This document shows, piece by piece, positions 48,701 through 59,248 of a stretch of 64,000 nt of DNA. The position numbers and the translations under genes were made by a program. Each line of letters starts with the position of its first letter. Within the stretch, counting starts at the first letter, position 1. The stretch comes from a virus. Where the stretch lies: IMG/VR virus record IMGVR_UViG_3300009593_004150, positions 6,361 through 70,360 of that record; one strand, written 5' to 3'. The notes under the pieces were generated by a model, which saw nothing but the letters and a program-made list of their open reading frames with translations, was not told where the DNA came from and ran no database searches.

Positions 48701-50897
48701 AATGCTCCCATGGAATGGGTTAATACAATCAGTTGATGACCTTGGCAACAAACTATGGAAGCGCCCCGACGATGTATCTGGAATAGTGCAGGCAACTGAC
48801 ATTGATGGTGTTTTAATTTATACGCCTGATTTAGGGGACACGTTTAGTAGTGATCCTGCAGATGATCCTGTTTATCAAGTGCCGCTTACTGCAGTGGGAT
48901 ATGAATCAGAGCCTCAAATGCTAACATGGAATAAAGAGCAGACGGCAGAGATAGGGGTCTGGAGACATACTACAACTGGCGAACTAGTTACATATGAAGA
49001 TCACCCCGACTATGGCGATCCCACAGCACCGTCTGGTGGCGTTTTCAATGATAACGATATGACACCACCATACGAAAAGGTTTTAGTTGAGCAGACTGAG
49101 GAATCATATGCATCATTAATCGGGTTTGTTCCTGTATATAACAGAAAATCGTATCTTTACTCTGATGGTTTTTCTAGCGGGCTATATGGTATGATTACCA
49201 AGGATCATCCTGATCTTACTCCCGAAGAATCTCTTTTTATTAAAGAGAATGGCAACTACCATGGATTTAACGAGACTCGTACTGACGGGCTCTTTACATC
49301 CGGTTCATGGACTGTTGAAGCAATATACAAATTCGACAAGCCTAAGCTTACCTTCTACCCTGTGACCCAAAGCCTAATGCGTATGCATTCGACATTGGGG
49401 CCTGAAGGAAGTGAACAACATGTTGTTCTTTCAAACTTACTTTGTATGAGAGAACCTGAGTTTGATCAAGAGACAGGTACGGAGATAATAAAGCCTGACG
49501 GCAAAGTAAAATTGTATGTACGTCCTGAGTTTGCAATTGGGACCGATCCATCATCAGGTCTACCAGATCCTAAGGAATTAGTACTTGAGATAACAGGCGT
49601 TAATATATTTGACGGCCAAAAGTGGAATATATCATATGGCCGTGACAGGGCTGATCAAATTGAGTCTAATGTCTCATCATCATACTTCCTAAGGGTCTCG
49701 AAAAACCACCGCGGTGAAATAAAAACTTTCAAAGAAGATAGAAGAATGTTTTTGGAGACCATGCATGATGATAACAAAACATTTTGGTCAGATATCACAA
49801 CTGAAAAAAATGACTGGGGCACATTTATTGCTATCGGTAGCCAGTCGCTTCCAGACGATACTGCAACCTCCGGATTAGGCCTCAATACGCCCTCACCGGA
49901 AGAGAAGACTGTAACCGATTTTTCTGGAGAAATAGCACAGCTTCGATTCTGGTCTAAGGGGCTAACCACTAAGGAGACCAAAGAACATACCAGAAACCCT
50001 ATGTCTCTAGGTGTACAAGATCCTTCTACTAATTTTAACTTTGCTACAACCCCCATAGGATCTTGGGAAAAGTTGCGTATGGATATATCTTTTGATCAAC
50101 CGGTCACTGCGTCTATTGAGGATGAAGCAGCAGATCAGGCATATAGAGACGCCAACATGACGCCGTTAGGCTGGATAGAATTGTTTGACTTTTCACAGGC
50201 TTCGGTTACTGGTTCAAGAGGCGCGTTATGGAATGATTCATCACACACAGACAAGATGAATTTCCATATGTACGGATATGGGTTTGAAGCAGAGATATCA
50301 AATATAAAACCCGAAAGGTTTGACTACCAGACAATAGATGCAAAGTTTGATGAACAATCTGTTGATAATAAAGTTAGGATCAGGGGGTTTCAACATACCG
50401 AGAACATAGAAGAGTTTCAAACTGATGTTGCCCCGGTTCATGAAATACTTGCTAGCGAAACCCCCTCTGACGACACTAGGTTTAGTATCGACATATCGTC
50501 TGTACAGGCCCTTAATGACGATATTATAAAGATCTTTGCTACCCTTGAGTCGCTCGACAATATCATCGGTGCCCCTGAGCTTGTGTTTACTCAATCGTAT
50601 CCTGACTTAGAATTTCTAAGAAAAGTATACTTCAATCGCCTTGAAGGGAAGGTTAGGGTTAAGTCATTTTTCGAATTCTTTAAGTGGTTTGACAATGCGG
50701 TGGGTGATCTTATTAAGACATTAATCCCCAGAAAGACTCATTTCTTAGGCGTCAACTTTGTTGTAGAGTCACATATGTTAGAGAGGGCAAAGATGACATA
50801 TAACTATAGTGATGTATATTTGGGTGATAAGAATCGCCATGGACTTAAAGGCACAATGACACTCCAGCAGTATGTAGGCCAAGTTAAGAGGTTTTAA
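45705..50897 (+). CDS. Giant virion protein with LamG/concanavalin-like domains (baseplate-associated)
   Basis: WSHICATYD...LYLNGE, FSGSLDNFRVW, FSGEIAQLRFW; SKGTIHGIR baseplate-like segment. Confidence 0.72.
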   Translation: MAITSKSRLFTPSVVRRIISSNTPVTKQTAKDKIGSDDHDDDRDFRLDGPGEGIKSTQQLNVDWSKFENHTFFNSAEAKVNVAFDTIINNYPFDGSRKEVEDFFNKLTGYERYVFDNFPKSTGALNFGNDLILNVSDKSGALFPSLSKKKGEVVLDPGEESISFETHVFIPSGVPRNIAAGHTEEYNGNQVICQKIDALGTTGFTLGLLDSRLKNVLEQLSDNDGRLLWYIPSGSPDDPLTTDVDESYDTLSAEEAGYTGLSADGMYWSEQEWAESNGYDPVLYERKDGLSSCDLIFLASSGSNHLSASMELPKGTWSHICATYDRGIGQNNLKLYLNGELKTTTLKSYNMDTFSRALDESELHPNVEPFSFKVSSLTLGGGSTHFHGTWPEINEVDWSSVDASHDGIPDDRYTASLAPSVNFTQRNDNTPLSPLRDCFTPTEFFSGSLDNFRVWHSTRSENILKDLSRGDVYSDTPGSLKLSFKFNEPSGDFDSKDLVLDSSGNALHTKIINYFDDCRNPLLNLNPIDASVGDPDDPSLPNITHEKPSLNPILFPSYPDVVSLNRRFIDTASWYDTNNPNLITNLVPKHYFAEAQSEFGLSELFTDAETIGFNPAQDVPGGSQITSPQIMQSLLFTWARYFDEMKMFLDHFGNLMNVDYESTETIPENFLPFLSNYYGITLPKTFTDASLSQFLEGENITPDQGISELSLQFVQNQIWRRILVNMNEILQSKGTIHGIRSLLLSMGISPDKLFRFREYGGSKDTTLNDVRKFRVEVSSMLDFSGSLAGVNEHRPAPGVGNPFSYVHKPLVSPWDATVADDLTSLPVPLPDDYKKAPFITPFIMSPFLSGSRVEIGPCLPDTDIPVAEATLTLDYSLPPDSAYSDVTPRYRESAGYLSDSLLLDKKAFRIKDTDSNLYTLQFRCFDDTEILPENIEIDIRSIEDRIDIAQKVVEVINNETPFISYNISEQNDGIIKIIQTSGGRVGNYPVELLQVQEDSMLPWNGLIQSVDDLGNKLWKRPDDVSGIVQATDIDGVLIYTPDLGDTFSSDPADDPVYQVPLTAVGYESEPQMLTWNKEQTAEIGVWRHTTTGELVTYEDHPDYGDPTAPSGGVFNDNDMTPPYEKVLVEQTEESYASLIGFVPVYNRKSYLYSDGFSSGLYGMITKDHPDLTPEESLFIKENGNYHGFNETRTDGLFTSGSWTVEAIYKFDKPKLTFYPVTQSLMRMHSTLGPEGSEQHVVLSNLLCMREPEFDQETGTEIIKPDGKVKLYVRPEFAIGTDPSSGLPDPKELVLEITGVNIFDGQKWNISYGRDRADQIESNVSSSYFLRVSKNHRGEIKTFKEDRRMFLETMHDDNKTFWSDITTEKNDWGTFIAIGSQSLPDDTATSGLGLNTPSPEEKTVTDFSGEIAQLRFWSKGLTTKETKEHTRNPMSLGVQDPSTNFNFATTPIGSWEKLRMDISFDQPVTASIEDEAADQAYRDANMTPLGWIELFDFSQASVTGSRGALWNDSSHTDKMNFHMYGYGFEAEISNIKPERFDYQTIDAKFDEQSVDNKVRIRGFQHTENIEEFQTDVAPVHEILASETPSDDTRFSIDISSVQALNDDIIKIFATLESLDNIIGAPELVFTQSYPDLEFLRKVYFNRLEGKVRVKSFFEFFKWFDNAVGDLIKTLIPRKTHFLGVNFVVESHMLERAKMTYNYSDVYLGDKNRHGLKGTMTLQQYVGQVKRF

Positions 50898-50900
50898 AAA

Positions 50901-53900
50901 ATGACAAAAGCATCAACACCTTCAGGTTCTCTAGACGAGGCAATTGCATTTAGACAAGGTATTAGTGTAGTAACAATTAAAGATCAACTTACCGGAATGC
51001 TTCCTAAGTTTTCTGCTGGGACGAGATCAAGAATTGTAATCGACGGCAATGCACCAGAGTCTGACATATATTATGACGACTCGATGATAGGCCTCGGCCC
51101 GGGTTCGATAGTCCCGACTCCTCCCACTACCTCGCCTGTTTTTCTGTATGATCATGATTTCTCTAAGTTTAATGACTTATATGATATTCCGTCTCCCGGG
51201 ATAAATAATTTACTAGTATCAGGATCATATACCGGTGATTTAGATGCTACATTTAGAATCCAGATTGCCAATCCGGATGACCCTGATGTATATACAATAT
51301 CGGTGCCTGTATACCAGTCCGTATCCGGTTCACCTGGTTTAGATGACATGCATGTAGTTGTAGATAATATTACTGAAACTACATCAGAGGGTGAAGAGAG
51401 AATTGTTATAGCATCTGGTAGTTATGAAGCTTCTCAAGGCATTAATGTATATAAGGTTGAAATAGCATCAGCAGAAGAAGATGCAGTAGACACAATCAGG
51501 TGGTATAAAAACGATACCCTTCTTACCCCAGCCGGCTCTGAGGAAGTAATAACGGCAGTCGGCGGAAACACGTTAATAGACGGTACTAATAAGATTGTTG
51601 TTAAGTTTGACTACGATGGTTTTGAAGATTATAGGTACGGATCTCCAGCAAAACATACGGTAGGCGATTCATGGTTAATTGTTGCAGGCGCTCAGCAATT
51701 CAGGTGGTCAAAGGGGGAGTTTGACACATCCTCAAGCTCAACACTCGAAACTTTACCAGGGGCCCTGCAAGACAATGCCGGACCAATCGGCATACTACAG
51801 ACAGACTATCAATTAGTATCAGACGGAATATCTTTGCGTTTTCCTGCTCAAGCAGGATATCCTGATGGATCAGATCCAAATGTGCCGGCCACACTGTGGG
51901 AATTTAGTGTAACCTCTCTCAAGCCTGAAGCCGCCATTACGGCAATGCAAGAGTCTTCTGGAAAGATTCAAATATACCCAGATCATCGAACTGAACAAAG
52001 AGATTTTGGGCAACCTAAGTTTCATAGCGATTTTGACACTGCTGTAAGAGATCAAGCACAGATATCGACTGTCAATGTTTCAAGGCTTCCGCTTATAGGT
52101 GAACAATCAACAATTCCTGGTGCCAGAACAACATTGGGTAACACACAATTATATGATAGCCCTATTCATAAAAAGAAAAAGCTTTCTGCTTTGGAGGCTA
52201 ATTTAGTAGATGAAAGAGCAGGAATTCCGATACTAGACCTCGACCCGCTAGCAAGGGGGTGGAAAAAGTCATCGGTTTCATCTGACGGATCAGTAGGTCC
52301 ATACTTTACGATAAAAGATTTAAGGGATAAAGCTACTAGGCCAAGAAATAATCATTTTTGGTTTAATCACGGGAATACAACAACATCAGATATTACACTG
52401 TACGATGACAAAGATCCTGCACCACAAGCATCAGACCCTATAGCAATTGATATATCGGGTCGCGACCTTTCTGAGATTGAATTTAAGGGAAGTAAGGAAC
52501 TGGAATCGGTCGGCATATATTCTATATATAATATACCGGCATTAATGCCTTTGTCTACACCTGCTGCCGGTAATGATTACTGGTCTATAGATTCCGGTAT
52601 AACCATGGTATCTGTAGATGATGTTCATCCCCATGGAGATCCAGGTCCTATAGCATGGCCTTCAAGCGTCAATACGTCAGGTGATACACTTTATTCTTTA
52701 GTTTCTGATACTGGCGAAAACTATGTTTTAGCCGCAGCTGCAGGCTGGTCTCCGGATATTGGGGAAGATGATCCGGGGATTCCAGATAAGATGTCGGTAG
52801 ACAAATTGGGTAACATTATTGTTAACACAGTCGGGGTGCCTACACCTTTAGAAGAAGCACCTTGGATGGAACACCATGGATATTTCCCAGCCTCTTTTAG
52901 CGAGGTCGAATGGCTTCAAAGGAATGGGTATGTTGCATATGAAGATGTTTTACATAATAACTGGTTCACTTTATATGACCATGATTACCAAGCATATTGT
53001 GTACAGTTTAATGTTGTTGACAACATAGATTCTCTCCCCTTTGTTGCTGCCGGATTAACTGCAGCAGATCTACAAATAGATACTGACGATGATGGGATAC
53101 CTGACAAGAACAAGACGAAGGCGGACCCATTATTCGTTAAGCTGAATATAAATCGATTTGATACTGCAGAAGTTGTTTCTGAAAAATTAGTAACCAGACT
53201 ACAGCAGACTATACCAGCTGCATTATTAAACCCATTACACCCATTTTACGTTGGTGTCGATACCTCAACAACTTTTAAGGCAAAACAAAGCACCGCGGCA
53301 GGAAGCACAGCGGTAATAGAATTAATGAGTTTTGGGAAAGTACAGCAGTCAGATGTTGAAGCTTCAATTTTGCAAAACGGATTTCAAGCATGGCTAACAA
53401 ATGTTGGCTCACTAGGTTATGCACAAAGTGTTTTAGACAGCGATCAGGTGACAACTCATCAAGTAGGTAATTGTATATGTTTGTACAATGCAACTAGCTA
53501 TGCATATATTGCGCCTTTAGTCGCGCCGTTTGGTCATGCAGATCTACCCTTTGGTGCTACGCTATCTTCATCAAGCATGTTATGGTCTAATGATTCGGGT
53601 GAGACATTATATACTTTGGTTGATTTGCTACCTGTACCTGGTCTCGATGCTGACGGGTCCGGAGCAGTAACACCAGCCGAAGCATGGTCGGCTGGATATG
53701 TCCCATATGTAGGTGTAGATGCATCTTCACCTCATATTATATGGTTTAACCTTGAAGGGCTATCCCGGCCTCTAGCAGGTCCTGCCGGCCTGGCAGCTGA
53801 TGGTACAAGTCTATACAACCTATGGTCATACAGTTTGGATGATGATTATTATTCTGAAATAGATACGGCATTTGCACAAGGCAACATTTTAAGCGTCATG

Positions 53901-56900
53901 GCACGCCATAGGACACCTGGTCGTACGGCATCTTTTTTCGTCAACGAAGGGATAACACTAAGTACTCATTTTAGTATACCTTTTATTTCTACAACAACAA
54001 ATGATAGTTCATCAATTAGGATTCTTCAAAGAGACCCGGGTCCGGTTGTTACGACGCCTGTATCTATAGATGATGTAAGCTGTCATTCTGTCAATTCAGG
54101 CGCCCTCACAAAGCTCCTTCACCCGGGTATGCAATTATCACCAGACACTAGGGATCGAGACTATGTATGCGACAGCATATTACTGGCAGTAAATGATCCA
54201 CTTCATGTTAAAGAAAAGTTTATCGCTGAGAAGCGGGTCGTCGAGAATTATGCAACATTCAAGATTAATTGTGTAGCAGAGCAGAAAAGTGGGAAATTAT
54301 TTGACTACACGAACCAGTCGTGGACAGATCCGGATCCGGATGTACTTTTTACCTTGGCGAAAAACTTAAAAGGTGGATCAGTCGATTTATCGAATTATGA
54401 GCCAAATGTTGCTGAGTTATTTGCGAACATACCTCAAAAAGAAATTGACAACCAACTAATTTGGAAAAAGACACAAGCCTCTACGGCAGAACTTACAGCT
54501 GCATCAGCTGGGTTTGATCCGTCGGACCCGGTTAATAACAATTATGATCTAAAGAATAGAACACTCTGGTCCGATAATGTTGTTGCTGCCGATAGGACGG
54601 TTATAACAACATCATATGAGCTAGGCTTAGAAGACGATGACATGTCCGCAGCCGGATGGTTTAACCTAGATAGCCCTGGGTGGGAAAATATCACAGAGAC
54701 GCAGTGGATGACCCATGAAGGTTTTCATGTTGTACCAGCATTTACTCATAAAATATCTAGGGCAGCTTATTTCTTCCTGCCTCATCCCGATATTAATTTT
54801 TATGTTTGGTTTGATGTTGGTCAACTTTCAGCTGATCCTGGAGATGATGGTGCCCTTGACCCTGATATAGCTGTTGATATAGATGGCATACCCAATATTG
54901 AATACAACGGTGGCGCCGTCAGGGTGTCCTTAGATAGCTATAGTACTTCTGGCGATGTCGCTCAACAACTAGTTAATAGGATTAACAGCACTCGGCATGA
55001 CGTTAAAAAGTCATATGTCCAAATAGGCGTGGATGATGATGCTAACCCAATATATCAAGCAATAAGGGCTGGAAACATATCAGAATACTTCACTGCCAGT
55101 ATTAACCCTGATGATAGCTCTGTAGTAGATGTCATATGTAAGAAGCCTGGATTAATTAACTCGAGTGTTTTTGACAAGAATAGTTCTTTAAACTTACCAG
55201 TTACAGAGTCCGGTGATACATTTTTTATTGATCTGGTTGACGATGGGGATACTGACTTTTATGTTGACATAACAAATGCTGTTCCTGGATTTCTTCTTCC
55301 CCCTGTAACGGATGTATCGACACCTGATGCCGACACGAATCTTAAAGTTACAGTAGATGAGGTACCATATTCACCTGCTCAACCCGGCCTAACAAAAATA
55401 ACTAGTGAATTTCTTCCTTATGAAGATATGAACAGTATGGATCGTGGTTATAGAAAGACACTTGAGGATGGTACGGAGGTCGCAGTAGCTGGGCCTGTTG
55501 CGTATATCGAGGATGACGTCGGCAGCCTAATATACCCTGTTATAATGTCAAATGTTAGTATGAAGGATCCGGATCAATATGACGGCGTGATTGAGCCCTT
55601 AGAGATTAGATCTAGGGCTAGCCGAAATTCTCCGGATGGGTACTTCACTGCACATGATGTTAAAGGACAACTGCAGTCTGATGTTGCTAGTGACTCTAGG
55701 AGAAGATCAAATCCTATAACACAATTTGTTAACAAAACCACGACAAGTTTCGAGCCTTATGAGGATGGAATAGAACATATGGAGTCAAGCCCTGCTGCTG
55801 ATGCATTTGTTCGTTCCCCTATTTTTAATGGTACCGGTGTTAATGACATTGAAATTATTGGCAACTACGCCGTGCCTCCGGGCACCGGTGCTGAAAAGTA
55901 CTACATACAATGTGTCACTGGCTACCCCCCAGTAAGCTCTTCACCAGGAGATAAATTTCGGTGGAGAAGAGGGACATCTGATTGGTCTGAAAATGTAGAA
56001 TTGGCACCGGTCGACTTAGAGGCATCAATTGTCTCCTTATCTTTTGATGATTTAACTGCAAGTACTACGACTGAATATAAAACAGCCTTAGTTCCAGTCG
56101 GCTCATATGGATATAAGATCAATGTGTATGCAAGGGGTGATATCAATTTTGCAAATGAGTTTTATACGTTACAGTACTTCGATGGTTCTTCCTGGAGGGA
56201 ACTATCATTACCTGGGGGTGCACCCTTAGTCGGTGCCGGCACAAGTGGCGTGCCTACTGAGATTAATGATATGTTTCATCCTGCATATTCGCCGGCCCCT
56301 GTTGCTGGTTCCGGATACACCCCAGGTAGATATGGGTATTCTATTATTCCTCATTGGTCATATGAGATTGACCTAAGTACTGGTGTTTCAGAGGAGCTAC
56401 CTTTAATCTCCGCCGGCCAAATTCGCTTTAGGGTCTTTACCTCACCGAATGTCAATAATCTTTCTGGTGTTAAAAACAATGTCAAGATCTCTATTGAGTT
56501 TGCCAGAACAGCCGGCTCTTTAGGTCTAGACAATGGGCTAGGCGCAATATTCGGCAGCATTAATAACCACTCACCAGGTGATGAATGGGAATTTGAAGCG
56601 GTATCTCGCTCTCATCAAGATTCAGTAGGGTGCCTACCACTTCCCGGTTATCTAACATGGCAGGAATCTAGTATTGATCCATTTATAGAGACGACCGATA
56701 TGGAGGAGTATGCATCAACTGTAGTGGGCTTACCTAAAGACTCAACTACCGCATCTTCAACATTGGCATTTGCATTTCCTGGGTTTAAACCCACAACAAT
56801 GATAGATACCACCGGTAATGGGGTACTCAATTCTACATGGGAGCGTGAGTATATTCGTTCATTAAACGGCCAGGCAATAACGATAGAAGATTCGTTGGGG

Positions 56901-59072
56901 GCCAAGGTAAGGCTGGAATTTGATGATGACGGTATATTGGAAAATGATGGTGATCACCTGATAAGTCTATTGAGGCCAGAGACATCATACATACGCTTTC
57001 CGGATATTGATACTTCATTTCAAAAAAGAAATGCTAAAGGAAATCTTTTGTGGAAAGATGCCGCCTTAAATGAGTTTACAGCATACTCTTCATCACCCCC
57101 CGGTGAAAGGGCTAGTGACTACGGGCTACTGGTATTTGATTCTGTCGACTTTGAAGATCTATCAGAGACAGAGTGGGCCTCCGGTTATGACTTACAACCC
57201 GTTTTAGTTGCCGCAACCGATATCTCACCAACGTTATCTAATATTTCTGCATATGCTGGAAAGTATTTTATTATAACAGATGAGCTTAATTCAAACCTAA
57301 AAGAGGTTTCTGTTACACCCAGCGTATTACTTGAGACAGATCTGGAGGGAGTAAATAACACCATTGCTGGTGGCCGCTATGCTGTCTGGTTTAATGTTGT
57401 TGACAACGAGACTGGTTTAAGCTTGGCTTCTGCACCAGAATTTATTGATGGAGTTAACATACAGGGTGCAGTTAATCTTTACTGGGACAGCATTTCTTCC
57501 AGTTATCTGCAGGTCGAAGCATTACCTGGCGGGTTTGATCCTTTGTTACATGATGAAATACAGTGGACATTAGAGAATCCTAGCCCACTCCCTGTTGGGG
57601 AGAGCGTATATTATACTACAAAGGTTACTAAACAACCTACTTGGTCGTCTGACGCCGGCGGAACAATCAAATGTGCTAGCCCGCTAACATCTGTTCCAGC
57701 TGGTACCGGGTGGAACCCAGATCCAGACTCACAAAGAATGTCAAAAGATTCCACCGGTACCTCCCTGTGGACTCCAGATAATAATGTCACAATCGATACC
57801 GCTGCTGGCTTTGGCCTTGATGACACAGTGCTAATTAGTGATCCTCAACACCCAATATCAAATGGATATGTATTAGCTGAGTTATCTGAGTCAGCATGGC
57901 ATTTATATGAAGGATACAAGAACTATTCTCATATGATACCAGCACTAATACAGGTTGATTGCAACACTGGGGACACAATCAATCAATTGGCCAAAAATGC
58001 AACTAAAGCAATTAAAGAGTACAAAAACAAGAATCAAGCATTAGTTTTTGATTGTGTTTATATACATGGCCCTTCATACATAGATTTACATGACCTAGAC
58101 CCAACCATAGACTCAGATGAAGACGGAGTATCTGATGTAAATGAATACATTGCCGCTGGGGAAGTGTGGGAACCGGCAGATTATGATAACATCAAGCATG
58201 TGAAAATAGAGCCTGAGTGGTTCAATCAATATGCATATGATCCTTTATCCCCAGGTACAAAAACAGCACTCGACGCCGGGTGGTCCCGCGGGCATATTAC
58301 AATAAAGGTAGTCTCCAGAAATCTAGGCTATCACAATATTACAAAGCGCCCCGGCCTGTTCCCCTTGCCTGGTTCACACGAACCGCTATACCAGAATGTG
58401 CAGCTAGCCCCGACCCCTCCACCTACATCTGTAAAAGATTTTGAAGTTACTACTTACGACACAGGCCGTGGCGGCCACCACCCACTTAAGGACGTGCTGC
58501 ATTCCATCTCAGAAACTATAAATGACTTGAGCATTGACATAAACAGTGAGGTCATGTATTCAGATGTTACAGGTAAAAAGTATACCGTCACAGGCTCACC
58601 ACCCGGACCCAAAGAGCTATATCTAACAGCTGCAACCACATGGGACGGTGGAATGCAATTTTCTATAACTTCCGGGACTGTCTATGATTATCTTTATGCC
58701 GGTGACTCGTTAATTAACAACGTTTTGATTAGGCACAGAACAAAATTCATGAATGTTTACGTCGGGGGATCAAATTATTTTTATATTGACAGTCTTCCCG
58801 GGCTTAAGTTAACCCAAGGTACACCTGGCCCGTCTGGAAATACCAAGGTTTTATTCCATTATTATAAAGATGACATTCGGGGCAACATAGTTGCTAGCGA
58901 TTTCGCCGGCGGAACTACAACAGGCCCTCATGTTGACAGTGTACTTATGGGTATGAATCCATCAACACAGCAACTTCTGCCTCATGATCACGTGTCTTCT
59001 GCAGCCGGTATGATATACAATGATGCACCCATGGGCACCGATAGCATCACATTCGGCGGGTGGAAGAAATAG
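50901..59072 (+). CDS. Giant (2723 aa) acidic multidomain virion protein
   Basis: Uninterrupted ORF; repeated modules shared with neighbouring genes. Confidence 0.72.
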   Translation: MTKASTPSGSLDEAIAFRQGISVVTIKDQLTGMLPKFSAGTRSRIVIDGNAPESDIYYDDSMIGLGPGSIVPTPPTTSPVFLYDHDFSKFNDLYDIPSPGINNLLVSGSYTGDLDATFRIQIANPDDPDVYTISVPVYQSVSGSPGLDDMHVVVDNITETTSEGEERIVIASGSYEASQGINVYKVEIASAEEDAVDTIRWYKNDTLLTPAGSEEVITAVGGNTLIDGTNKIVVKFDYDGFEDYRYGSPAKHTVGDSWLIVAGAQQFRWSKGEFDTSSSSTLETLPGALQDNAGPIGILQTDYQLVSDGISLRFPAQAGYPDGSDPNVPATLWEFSVTSLKPEAAITAMQESSGKIQIYPDHRTEQRDFGQPKFHSDFDTAVRDQAQISTVNVSRLPLIGEQSTIPGARTTLGNTQLYDSPIHKKKKLSALEANLVDERAGIPILDLDPLARGWKKSSVSSDGSVGPYFTIKDLRDKATRPRNNHFWFNHGNTTTSDITLYDDKDPAPQASDPIAIDISGRDLSEIEFKGSKELESVGIYSIYNIPALMPLSTPAAGNDYWSIDSGITMVSVDDVHPHGDPGPIAWPSSVNTSGDTLYSLVSDTGENYVLAAAAGWSPDIGEDDPGIPDKMSVDKLGNIIVNTVGVPTPLEEAPWMEHHGYFPASFSEVEWLQRNGYVAYEDVLHNNWFTLYDHDYQAYCVQFNVVDNIDSLPFVAAGLTAADLQIDTDDDGIPDKNKTKADPLFVKLNINRFDTAEVVSEKLVTRLQQTIPAALLNPLHPFYVGVDTSTTFKAKQSTAAGSTAVIELMSFGKVQQSDVEASILQNGFQAWLTNVGSLGYAQSVLDSDQVTTHQVGNCICLYNATSYAYIAPLVAPFGHADLPFGATLSSSSMLWSNDSGETLYTLVDLLPVPGLDADGSGAVTPAEAWSAGYVPYVGVDASSPHIIWFNLEGLSRPLAGPAGLAADGTSLYNLWSYSLDDDYYSEIDTAFAQGNILSVMARHRTPGRTASFFVNEGITLSTHFSIPFISTTTNDSSSIRILQRDPGPVVTTPVSIDDVSCHSVNSGALTKLLHPGMQLSPDTRDRDYVCDSILLAVNDPLHVKEKFIAEKRVVENYATFKINCVAEQKSGKLFDYTNQSWTDPDPDVLFTLAKNLKGGSVDLSNYEPNVAELFANIPQKEIDNQLIWKKTQASTAELTAASAGFDPSDPVNNNYDLKNRTLWSDNVVAADRTVITTSYELGLEDDDMSAAGWFNLDSPGWENITETQWMTHEGFHVVPAFTHKISRAAYFFLPHPDINFYVWFDVGQLSADPGDDGALDPDIAVDIDGIPNIEYNGGAVRVSLDSYSTSGDVAQQLVNRINSTRHDVKKSYVQIGVDDDANPIYQAIRAGNISEYFTASINPDDSSVVDVICKKPGLINSSVFDKNSSLNLPVTESGDTFFIDLVDDGDTDFYVDITNAVPGFLLPPVTDVSTPDADTNLKVTVDEVPYSPAQPGLTKITSEFLPYEDMNSMDRGYRKTLEDGTEVAVAGPVAYIEDDVGSLIYPVIMSNVSMKDPDQYDGVIEPLEIRSRASRNSPDGYFTAHDVKGQLQSDVASDSRRRSNPITQFVNKTTTSFEPYEDGIEHMESSPAADAFVRSPIFNGTGVNDIEIIGNYAVPPGTGAEKYYIQCVTGYPPVSSSPGDKFRWRRGTSDWSENVELAPVDLEASIVSLSFDDLTASTTTEYKTALVPVGSYGYKINVYARGDINFANEFYTLQYFDGSSWRELSLPGGAPLVGAGTSGVPTEINDMFHPAYSPAPVAGSGYTPGRYGYSIIPHWSYEIDLSTGVSEELPLISAGQIRFRVFTSPNVNNLSGVKNNVKISIEFARTAGSLGLDNGLGAIFGSINNHSPGDEWEFEAVSRSHQDSVGCLPLPGYLTWQESSIDPFIETTDMEEYASTVVGLPKDSTTASSTLAFAFPGFKPTTMIDTTGNGVLNSTWEREYIRSLNGQAITIEDSLGAKVRLEFDDDGILENDGDHLISLLRPETSYIRFPDIDTSFQKRNAKGNLLWKDAALNEFTAYSSSPPGERASDYGLLVFDSVDFEDLSETEWASGYDLQPVLVAATDISPTLSNISAYAGKYFIITDELNSNLKEVSVTPSVLLETDLEGVNNTIAGGRYAVWFNVVDNETGLSLASAPEFIDGVNIQGAVNLYWDSISSSYLQVEALPGGFDPLLHDEIQWTLENPSPLPVGESVYYTTKVTKQPTWSSDAGGTIKCASPLTSVPAGTGWNPDPDSQRMSKDSTGTSLWTPDNNVTIDTAAGFGLDDTVLISDPQHPISNGYVLAELSESAWHLYEGYKNYSHMIPALIQVDCNTGDTINQLAKNATKAIKEYKNKNQALVFDCVYIHGPSYIDLHDLDPTIDSDEDGVSDVNEYIAAGEVWEPADYDNIKHVKIEPEWFNQYAYDPLSPGTKTALDAGWSRGHITIKVVSRNLGYHNITKRPGLFPLPGSHEPLYQNVQLAPTPPPTSVKDFEVTTYDTGRGGHHPLKDVLHSISETINDLSIDINSEVMYSDVTGKKYTVTGSPPGPKELYLTAATTWDGGMQFSITSGTVYDYLYAGDSLINNVLIRHRTKFMNVYVGGSNYFYIDSLPGLKLTQGTPGPSGNTKVLFHYYKDDIRGNIVASDFAGGTTTGPHVDSVLMGMNPSTQQLLPHDHVSSAAGMIYNDAPMGTDSITFGGWKK

Positions 59073-59248
59073 CCAGTGATAATATATGTTGTTAAGTTAA
59101 CTCAGAATTTTGTCGAAAGTCCTAATTATTTGTGTGAGTAGATGAAAGCGAATATGTGTACACCATGCGCTGACACGATATTGCGGATAACAATGAGAAA
59201 ACTAGTAATATAATATTGTTAAGCTCTGTTAGTTAGGATGACGTAAAT

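Noticed and set aside
59183-59194. GCGGATAACAAT match to half of the lac operator
   Set aside because: Only 12 nt, no symmetric half-site or vector context; best explained by chance
59142-59213. 23-codon ORF MKANMCTPC... in intergenic gap
   Set aside because: Too short, with no clear RBS or homology evidence
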